Below, piece by piece: positions 47,250 through 54,027 of a DNA stretch of 54,027 bases (the first letter of the stretch is position 1; each line of letters opens with the position of its first letter). The position numbers were made by a program, and so were the translations under genes. Location: positions 1 through 54,027 of the forward strand of contig JAAYJW010000372.1 of the NCBI GenBank assembly GCA_012522765.1, written 5' to 3'. Source of the DNA: a candidate division WS1 bacterium (GTDB taxonomy: Bacteria; Armatimonadota; Zipacnadia; Zipacnadales; UBA5352). The notes below the pieces were generated by a model, which was not told where the DNA came from, made no database searches, and worked only from the letters and a program-made list of their open reading frames with translations.

Positions 47250-48989
47250 ATGTCCCACGGCCAACTCGTGCCTGAGGCGCACGCACCAGGTGAGATCAAG
47301 CAGGTGCCGCAGGAGGCGGCGGTCCGGGAGAAGATCCGGACCGCTGCCGCCGACATCATGCATGGCAGACCCCGTGCAAGTGCCCCCGGACGAGACCTAC
47401 TCGCCGAGCTTGGCGCCGAGTTGCTGCAGCGCCTCGAGCTGCCGCCGACTTGCCTCGGCTTCACGATGGTGGCGCTGAGCAACGCATTCTGGCGTGAGCA
47501 ATACGAGGCGGTGCCGCTGCATCGGCGCTTGCTGCTGCTGCCCAAGTGCCTGCGGGACCCCGTCGCCTGCAGGGGGACGTTCGACTCGGTCGGCCTCAAC
47601 TGCGCCGGCTGCGGTGCGTGCGTAATCGGCGACCTCGTGGCGAAGGCACAGACGCTCGGATATTCGGTGATCGTGGCCGAGGGCACCTCGTCGGTCATCA
47701 TGAAGGTGCTCGAAGGAGAGGCCGATGCCATCCTCGGTGTCGCCTGCCTTGATTCGCTCGATGAGTCCTTCGAGCCGATCGCTGACCTCGGAGTGCCGAA
47801 TCAGGCGATCCCCCTCCTGAGGGACGGCTGCGAACGTACGGAGACAGAGCCCGCGCTGATTGCGCAGTTGATGACCGTCATGCAATCGTCAGCGATCCAG
47901 ACCACGCGCACGTCGGTTCCTCTGCTACGGGCCACCCGTGAGATATTCGCCGCCTCGTCTCTTGCCACGCTGCTGGGACTGCACGTCTCGGACGGTGCGT
48001 TTGCCTCAGGGGCGGCCGATGAGCCGCTTCTGCAGACCGAGGCGCTGGGTCTTGACTGGCTGGTGTGTGGCGGCAAGCGCCTGCGGCCGTTCGTGACCGT
48101 CGCGGCTTACGCACTCGGCCGCCATGGTGTGAGGTCGCTGGAGCCGCGCGCGAATGCAGGCGAGATGCTCGATGAGCCGGTGCAGGCGCTGGCGGTGGCG
48201 ATCGAGGCGCTGCACAAGGCGTCGCTGATCCATGACGACATCGCTGATGGTGACGAGTTCCGCTACGGCCGCCGCACACTGCACGCAAGCCACGGCACCG
48301 GGATCGCAATCAACGTGGGCGACTGGCTGGTGGGGCTTGGATATCGGCTTGCCGGGGACCAGGCGGAGGCTTTCGGAGGCGATCGGGCGGCCGAGATCGC
48401 GACGCGACTGGCGAAGGCACAGCTTGCGCTCTGCAAGGGACAGGGCGCGGAGCTTGCGTGGATCGGCAGCGAGAGCAGGGCGCTGCGGGCAGCCGACGCG
48501 CTTGCGATCGGCGCGCTGAAGACCGCTCCGGCGTTCGAAGTTGCGCTGCATGCGGGTCTCATCGCGTCTGGAGCGCACTACGAGCGTGACGTAGTCGCGC
48601 GCTTCGCCACCTACCTCGGTGAGGCCTATCAGGTGCTCAACGATCTTGAGGACTGGCGCGACGATGTCGGCAACAAGGTGTCGGTGGGGCTTGATGTGCT
48701 CAGCGGGCGGCCCACGATGCTGCGCGCCTTCGCCACTGAGGCGGGTGGGTGGGAGCAACTGGCTCGTTTGCGTGAGGAGTCCGATCCGCAGGCCATCGTG
48801 GCGTCTGTGCGGCGACTGTACGATGAGACCGGGGCGTTTGAGAAGACGAGGGCGCTGCTGGGGGGGCTGCGTAACCGGTGCCTGACGCTTGCCGAGGGTA
48901 TGAGGCCGGAGGCACTTGGCGAGTTACTGCGCTTCCTGACGCGGACAGTCCTGCGCGAGCGAGGCGAACCGCGGACGCGGGAGGTCTGA
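47250..48989 (+). CDS. DUF116 (Cys-rich) domain fused to trans-isoprenyl diphosphate synthase
   Basis: N-terminus RRLLLLPKCLR...C...LNCAGCGACVIG...AEG...ILGVAC...IPLLRDGC. C-terminus GGKRLRP, HKASLIHDDIAD, GQ, LKT and YQVLNDLED. Confidence 0.9.
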   Translation: MSHGQLVPEAHAPGEIKQVPQEAAVREKIRTAAADIMHGRPRASAPGRDLLAELGAELLQRLELPPTCLGFTMVALSNAFWREQYEAVPLHRRLLLLPKCLRDPVACRGTFDSVGLNCAGCGACVIGDLVAKAQTLGYSVIVAEGTSSVIMKVLEGEADAILGVACLDSLDESFEPIADLGVPNQAIPLLRDGCERTETEPALIAQLMTVMQSSAIQTTRTSVPLLRATREIFAASSLATLLGLHVSDGAFASGAADEPLLQTEALGLDWLVCGGKRLRPFVTVAAYALGRHGVRSLEPRANAGEMLDEPVQALAVAIEALHKASLIHDDIADGDEFRYGRRTLHASHGTGIAINVGDWLVGLGYRLAGDQAEAFGGDRAAEIATRLAKAQLALCKGQGAELAWIGSESRALRAADALAIGALKTAPAFEVALHAGLIASGAHYERDVVARFATYLGEAYQVLNDLEDWRDDVGNKVSVGLDVLSGRPTMLRAFATEAGGWEQLARLREESDPQAIVASVRRLYDETGAFEKTRALLGGLRNRCLTLAEGMRPEALGELLRFLTRTVLRERGEPRTREV

Positions 48990-48991
48990 GC

Positions 48992-49903
48992 GTGGGCTAC
49001 CTCGACGTGCTGGACGGCATCCTTCGCCCGGGGGTGCACCTGCTTGGAGAGGGATTCGCGGCGCTCGAATGTGGCTGGATTGAGCGCCAGGAGTTGGCCG
49101 GTGGCGGTTTCCGCGGGCGCAGCGGCGGCGATGATCTCTACTACACGGACTTTGCATTGCGCGCAGTGGACCTCATTGGGCCGCAGTCACCTCTGTTCGC
49201 GACAACGGCAGAGCGGATGCGTCACAATCTGCCCGCGCCACTCGACGTTGTTTCTGCGTTCAGCATCCTCAGTTGCGCCCGCACGCTCTCCCGCCACGGC
49301 CACGCCATCAGCGCGGATCAGCGTCACATTCGCAAGCTGCTTGCGCGGCAGACGCTGCCGGAGGGCGGTTTCGGTGTCAACAAGTCCAGCGAGACCAGCG
49401 CCTATCAGACCTTCCTCGGCACGCTCTGCCGCCAACTGCTCGGAGATGAGGCCCCGGTGGCTGCCGACTGTGACGCAATTCGCAGGCTGCAGCGTGAAAG
49501 CGGCGGATTCGCAGAACGCGAGGCTGGCGATGTGGCGCAGACGAATGCCACCGCTGCTGCCGCGGCGGTACTGCTGATGGGCTCCGCGCTGCAATCTGAC
49601 GACGCCGAGGGGGTTACGCGTTTCGTCGCCTCTATGCAGGCAGAGGACGGTGGTCTGCGCGCACATGCCGAGGCACGCGGAGGTGACCTTCTGTCGAGCT
49701 TCACCGCGTTGCTGACGCTGTGTCTGCTGGGGGCGCCGGCGGCGCTGGAGCTCCCGGCGCTGGGTCGGTTTGTGAAGGGCGCAGTCAGGCCCCGTGGAGG
49801 CTTCGGGGCCTCACAGCACGATCCCGGAGCGGACGTCGAGTACACCTACTACGGGATCGCCACTCTCGGTCTGCTGCGCTCGCTGGTGGAGGCGGACTGC
49901 TGA
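48992..49903 (+). CDS. Single-domain prenyltransferase/squalene oxidase repeat protein (GGTase-beta-like barrel)
   Basis: QELAGGGFRGR, DLYYTDFA, QTLPEGGF, LQRESGGF, MQAEDGG, GDLLSSF and GGFGA...DVEYTYYG. GGGAGG RBS. Confidence 0.85.
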   Translation: MGYLDVLDGILRPGVHLLGEGFAALECGWIERQELAGGGFRGRSGGDDLYYTDFALRAVDLIGPQSPLFATTAERMRHNLPAPLDVVSAFSILSCARTLSRHGHAISADQRHIRKLLARQTLPEGGFGVNKSSETSAYQTFLGTLCRQLLGDEAPVAADCDAIRRLQRESGGFAEREAGDVAQTNATAAAAAVLLMGSALQSDDAEGVTRFVASMQAEDGGLRAHAEARGGDLLSSFTALLTLCLLGAPAALELPALGRFVKGAVRPRGGFGASQHDPGADVEYTYYGIATLGLLRSLVEADC

Positions 49904-51198
49904 TGCGCATCGTGCACCTCGCCGCCGGAGCGGGCAGTATGTATTGCGGCGGATGCGTTCGCGATGCCGCGATGGCGCGCGCCCTCATCGCACGGGGGCA
50001 TGACGTGCAGATCGTCCCGCTCTACACGCCGCTGCGAATTGATGCGGATCTTCCGGTGACGGAGGTGCATCTCGGCGCGCTCAACGCGTACCTCCAGCAA
50101 CTGTCCGGCATCTTCGCGAGAGTCCCGCGACCTATCGCGCGTGTGCTCGACAATGAGCGGCTGTTGCGCTTCGTTTCGCGTTTCGCGGTCAGCACGAAGC
50201 CCTCGCAGCTTGGGCCGATGACGGTCTCGGTGATCGCAGGTAGCGATGGCAGGCAGCGCGCGGAACTGAGTCGCCTCGTGGACTTCCTCGCGTGCGAGGC
50301 GCGGCCGGATGCGGTGACGATCACCAACTCGATGCTCTCCGGCGTGGCGCCGGAGATGAAGCGGCGGCTGCGTGTGCCGGTGCTCTGCGAGGTGAAGGGC
50401 GAGGATGGCTTCATTGACGCCATCCCCGAGCCGCATCGATCTGAGGCGCTAACGCTGCTGAGGCGTAATGCAGCCTCGGTGGATCGCTTCATCTCGCCCA
50501 CCGCAGCCTACGCCGATCACATGGCCCAGTGGCTGGAGGTGGAGCGTGAACGGATCGCGGTGGTGAGCACCATCATTGACGCGGAGGCATTGCATCGTGC
50601 CGGGCCACGCCTTCGCCGGCCGTTCACCGTCGGCTATCTCTCCGTGATCACACCGCGCAAGGGTCTGCACGTGCTGGTTGATGCACTGGCGATCCTGGTT
50701 CGTGAGGGCCGCGATGTGAGGTTGCGCGCTGCGGGGCAGGTGCTGGATCGGCGCTACTGGCGGGAGATTCGCGCCACCATCCGCCGGGAGCGCCTGAGTG
50801 ATCGCGTGGAATACCTGGGGGAAGTCAGCGTGGCGGATAAAGTGACGCTTTTGCACTCGTTGAGCGCATTCTGCCAGCCGTCAATCAAGCCGGAGGTGCT
50901 TGGGACGGCCGCGCTGGAGGCACAGGCGGCGGGCGTGCCGGTAGTCGCGCCTGATGAAGGTGTCTTCCCGGGGATGCTCGGGCTCACCGGTGGTGGGGTG
51001 ATGTTCGAGTCGGGGGATGTTGACGCCCTCGCAGAGCGGCTGGCTGAGCTGATGGATGATCCGGTACGCGCGGATGCGATGGGGGAGAGTGGGGCGGCGC
51101 AGGTTGCGCGGCAGTTTTCAGCGGAGTTGGCTTCTGAGACCATGGAAGCGATACTGACGGCACTGGAGGCGCAGGGAGATGGCGAAGAAGCTGTGTAA
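49903..51198 (+). CDS. Glycosyltransferase family 4
   Basis: TGATG overlap with the previous gene. MRIVHLAAGAGSMYCGGC, GHDV, KGLHVLVDA and EVLGTAALEAQAAGVPVV (E-X7-E). Confidence 0.92.
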   Translation: MRIVHLAAGAGSMYCGGCVRDAAMARALIARGHDVQIVPLYTPLRIDADLPVTEVHLGALNAYLQQLSGIFARVPRPIARVLDNERLLRFVSRFAVSTKPSQLGPMTVSVIAGSDGRQRAELSRLVDFLACEARPDAVTITNSMLSGVAPEMKRRLRVPVLCEVKGEDGFIDAIPEPHRSEALTLLRRNAASVDRFISPTAAYADHMAQWLEVERERIAVVSTIIDAEALHRAGPRLRRPFTVGYLSVITPRKGLHVLVDALAILVREGRDVRLRAAGQVLDRRYWREIRATIRRERLSDRVEYLGEVSVADKVTLLHSLSAFCQPSIKPEVLGTAALEAQAAGVPVVAPDEGVFPGMLGLTGGGVMFESGDVDALAERLAELMDDPVRADAMGESGAAQVARQFSAELASETMEAILTALEAQGDGEEAV

Positions 51199-51331
51199 GC
51201 TGGCAAAGAAGCTCGAGTTGAAGGAGATTGCTGCGGCGGCGCGAAGCGGTGACTTCATCTGCAGCAAGTGCGGGCGGACCGCCTCGGACAAGAAGTCTCT
51301 GTGCAGGCCGGTGGGGGTGGAGGAGCTGTAG
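51179..51331 (+). CDS. 50-aa Lys/Cys-rich small protein (missed by the ORF track)
   Basis: GGAGG RBS at 51165-51169. Translates as MAKKLCKLAKKLELKEIAAAARSGDFICSKCGRTASDKKSLCRPVGVEEL*, with strongly G/C third positions. Confidence 0.7.
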   Translation: MAKKLCKLAKKLELKEIAAAARSGDFICSKCGRTASDKKSLCRPVGVEEL

Positions 51332-51350
51332 CCCGAGCCGTGAGAGGGGA

Positions 51351-53735
51351 ATGACAATGTTGGGCGAGTTCTCGATCGTTGCTGCACTGGTCTTTGGCCT
51401 GCTGTTCGCCGCGACAGGTGTCGCGCGTCCGGATGAATTCGGTGATCCGGATCGCGCGGCGGAGATAGCGTCTATGCTGCCTGCTAACCCGGGAGGGCCG
51501 GGGCGCCCGATCAGCGATCGCGAGGCATGGGAGGCGCTAGTCGCTGCTGGCGCCTGCAGCGGCGCGATCGCGACCGCGGAGAAGCATCTCGCCACGCCGC
51601 TCCCGGACCTGCCCGACGAGCTCTTCCTCGACTTCTCCCGCACTGGCAACCGCACACGCTGGCAGAGCGTCTCCGGTCAGCGCCGCGGCAGGCTCGCGCC
51701 GCTGGTGCTGGCCGAATGTGCGGAGGACCAGGGGCGTTTCATCGCGGCCATCGAGGAGCTTGTGGCGGCGCTCTGTGCCGAACGCACGTGGGTCATGCCC
51801 GCGCATGACCGGAGCCTCGCGAACTTCAACCGCGAGCAGATTGACATCGACCTCGCCTCATCCGCGCTGGGGTGGCAACTGGCGCTTACGAACTACCTGC
51901 TTGGCGACCGCCTCAGCGACGAGACACGCGACGTGATCCGCACCAACGTCGCCGAACGCGTGCTGGAGCCGGCGCTCGCCATGTACCGGGGCGACCGCGA
52001 GCCCAACTGGTGGATGCGCACCACCAGCAACTGGAACGCGGTCTGCCTCGCGGGAGTGACCGGGGCGGCGCTGGCGCAGGTCGAGGACCGCAACCTGCGC
52101 GCGGATTACATCGTTGGTGCGGAGAAGTCGTCAGAGGGCTTCCTGAGGGGCTTCCCGGCGGACGGCTACTGCACCGAAGGCCTCGGCTACTGGAACTACG
52201 GCTTCGGGCACTACATCCTGCTGGCGGAGGCGGTATATCAGGCGACCGGAGGCGGCGTTGACTTCATGGCGCGCCCCGGCGTCGCCGCGCCGGCCACCTT
52301 CGGCGCCCGCATTCAGATCATGGGCGGTGTGGCGCCCGCCTTCGCCGACTGCGCGATCAACGCCCGCCCCGACAGCCGCTGGATGCACTACATCAACGGA
52401 CGCTACGGCCTCCGCCTCGATGCACACGATTCTTTTGAGCCGGCGCGGGCGTTCAGCAGTGACCTCCAGGGCGCGACGATCTTCGGCTTCCCCAACTCCG
52501 CCAGCGAAGGCCCGCTGCTCGATGGCGCCGACCTCGGCTCGCCGCTGCGGGCGTGGTTCAATGACGCGGGCATCCTCGTCAGCCGTCCTATTCCCGATAG
52601 CGATTGCCTGCTCGGGGTCGCGCTTAAGGGCGGCAACAACGCCGAGCATCACAACCACAACGATGTTGGCTCATACGTCTGCGTAGTGCAGGATCGCCCG
52701 GTGCTGCTTGATCCCGGCAGCGAGGTCTACACGGCGCGTACCTTCAGCAACCGCCGCTACGAGAGCAACGTGCTGAATTCGTGGGGACATCCGGTGCCGG
52801 TCGTTGCGGGGCAGCTTCAGCGCACGGGGAGCGATGCCCACGGCGTGGTCCTCGCCAGTGACTTCAGCGATGAGCGCGACACGCTCACGCTGGACATCGG
52901 TTCGGCCTACGAAGTGCCCGAACTGACGCGCCTGGAGCGTAGCTTCGTATACGATCGCACCGGTGATGGCTCGCTCACAGTGAGCGACGCTGTAGCCTTC
53001 GCCGAACCGAGGAGCTTCGAGACCGCGCTGATCACCGACGGCTCGTGGGAGCGCGTGGATGGGCAGACGCTGCTGGTGCGCGATGGCAACCGCGCCGTGA
53101 ACGTGCGCGTGGACACCGGTGGCTTGGCGTGGGAGCTTGTGGTGGATGAGATCGAGGAGGACGCGAAGGCGCAGCCTGCACGCCTCGGCATCCGGCTGAG
53201 CGAGCCCGTCTCGGAGGCGACGGTGACGGTGATGATCATGCCGATCCGCGACTTCGGGCTCACGGGCGAGAGCGTGCTCTTCAACGGCGACTTCGCGCTC
53301 GGAGCGGACGGCTGGTCGATCTCGGCGAACTCGCTGGGCGAGATCAGCGACGAGCAGGTGGCGGTGGGGGAGCGTTCGCTGAAGATCACCGACGAGAGCG
53401 ACACTGCCGGGGCGAACGTCACCTCATCGCGCATCAGGGTTGAGGGCGCGGGAAAGTGGCTGCTGCGCGGGCAGGCGCGGATCGAGAGCGGCTCGGGCAT
53501 CGGGATGTACATGCGCTACTACGACGAGAACGGTGCGCGTCTCAACGAGGCCGACCGGCGTGGCAACATTCCGCCGGTGGGGACGCTTGAGGGCCCGGTG
53601 GGGGAGTGGGCGCCCTTCGAGTTCGCCTTCGAGACGCCCGCGGGCACCGCAAGCATGGACCTGTGGATCCACAGCTTCAATGCCGCTGTGGTCACCGCGT
53701 TCATCGGCGACCTGCGGATTGTGCCGGGGGAGTAG
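51351..53735 (+). CDS. Heparinase II/III-family lyase-like protein with C-terminal CBM4/9-like domain
   Basis: Signal-like N-terminus; TWVMPAH, IDL, SNWNAVC, DGYCTEGLGYWNYGF, KGGNNAEHHNHNDVGSY, DPG and HPVPVV. C-terminal LFNGDF...GERSLKITD. Confidence 0.88.
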   Translation: MTMLGEFSIVAALVFGLLFAATGVARPDEFGDPDRAAEIASMLPANPGGPGRPISDREAWEALVAAGACSGAIATAEKHLATPLPDLPDELFLDFSRTGNRTRWQSVSGQRRGRLAPLVLAECAEDQGRFIAAIEELVAALCAERTWVMPAHDRSLANFNREQIDIDLASSALGWQLALTNYLLGDRLSDETRDVIRTNVAERVLEPALAMYRGDREPNWWMRTTSNWNAVCLAGVTGAALAQVEDRNLRADYIVGAEKSSEGFLRGFPADGYCTEGLGYWNYGFGHYILLAEAVYQATGGGVDFMARPGVAAPATFGARIQIMGGVAPAFADCAINARPDSRWMHYINGRYGLRLDAHDSFEPARAFSSDLQGATIFGFPNSASEGPLLDGADLGSPLRAWFNDAGILVSRPIPDSDCLLGVALKGGNNAEHHNHNDVGSYVCVVQDRPVLLDPGSEVYTARTFSNRRYESNVLNSWGHPVPVVAGQLQRTGSDAHGVVLASDFSDERDTLTLDIGSAYEVPELTRLERSFVYDRTGDGSLTVSDAVAFAEPRSFETALITDGSWERVDGQTLLVRDGNRAVNVRVDTGGLAWELVVDEIEEDAKAQPARLGIRLSEPVSEATVTVMIMPIRDFGLTGESVLFNGDFALGADGWSISANSLGEISDEQVAVGERSLKITDESDTAGANVTSSRIRVEGAGKWLLRGQARIESGSGIGMYMRYYDENGARLNEADRRGNIPPVGTLEGPVGEWAPFEFAFETPAGTASMDLWIHSFNAAVVTAFIGDLRIVPGE

Positions 53736-53752
53736 CACGAGACGGACGGTGC

Positions 53753-54027
53753 CTACCCCAGGTCCTCGATCTCCACGACCCGGTGCTGCATCATCGCGTC
53801 ATCGGCCGCGTAGGCGATCAGGTGGCCGTAGACCGAATCGAGGATCTCGGTTGAGCTGATCGAGCGCTCTTCGCCACGCACGGCATGCACGAAGTCCTCC
53901 ACCAGTCGCATGTCGCCGCCACCATGCCCGTCGGCGCTCACATTTACGTCCACGGTCTCCTCGGAGTACTCGTGCCCCTCGCGCGCATCTGCGTGGCGGA
54001 TGACGAGCGATCCGTCCTCCATGAAGC
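53753..54027 (-). CDS. Gfo/Idh/MocA-family oxidoreductase, C-terminal fragment
   Basis: GHGGGDMRLVEDFVHAV...SVYGHLIAYAAD...VVE. The N-terminus lies beyond the window. Confidence 0.8.
   Translation of the reverse strand, partial: FMEDGSLVIRHADAREGHEYSEETVDVNVSADGHGGGDMRLVEDFVHAVRGEERSISSTEILDSVYGHLIAYAADDAMMQHRVVEIEDLG

Noticed and set aside
51351-53735. Including the heparinase-like gene in the isoprenoid pathway
   Set aside because: It is co-oriented and close, but it is an exported polysaccharide-lyase-like protein with no evident role in lipid synthesis. The link is unsupported without synteny data.
1-54027. CRISPR array, prophage, integron, IS element, retron or tRNA/rRNA
   Set aside because: I recognised no regularly spaced direct repeats, no recombinase, transposase or RT motifs, and no structural RNA gene signatures.

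Overview
High-GC bacterial chromosomal window with about 45 CDS. I found no rRNA, tRNA, CRISPR array, integrase or transposase. The gene content (DUF1559/H-X9-DG pilin-like gene, FlgD-Ig-tailed secreted protein, OPT-like membrane protein, LptC/LptA, TolC, LexA with GAAC-N4-GTTC boxes) suggests a diderm Armatimonadota-like organism; this is inference. Left to right: a CBS-domain gene with a candidate Na+-type riboswitch; membrane, TPR and OPT-like genes; lptC/lptA; an operon of a SprA-like barrel, a FlgD-Ig cargo and a lipoprotein; a sugar ABC importer; an MFS pump; an AbrB-TolC-MFP-RND-PII efflux operon; lexA; a PP2C phosphatase; pcm; and several catabolic genes. The standout is a ~9.6 kb co-oriented isoprenoid cluster at 41640-51198. 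It encodes a ferredoxin, a B12/radical-SAM enzyme resembling archaeal GDGT ring synthases, a DxDD class II terpene cyclase, a beta-propeller, a DUF116-polyprenyl synthase fusion, a prenyltransferase-fold barrel and a GT4, but no squalene synthase. It may make an undescribed cyclised, glycosylated polyprenyl lipid. All family assignments come from motifs recognised by eye; no database search was run.
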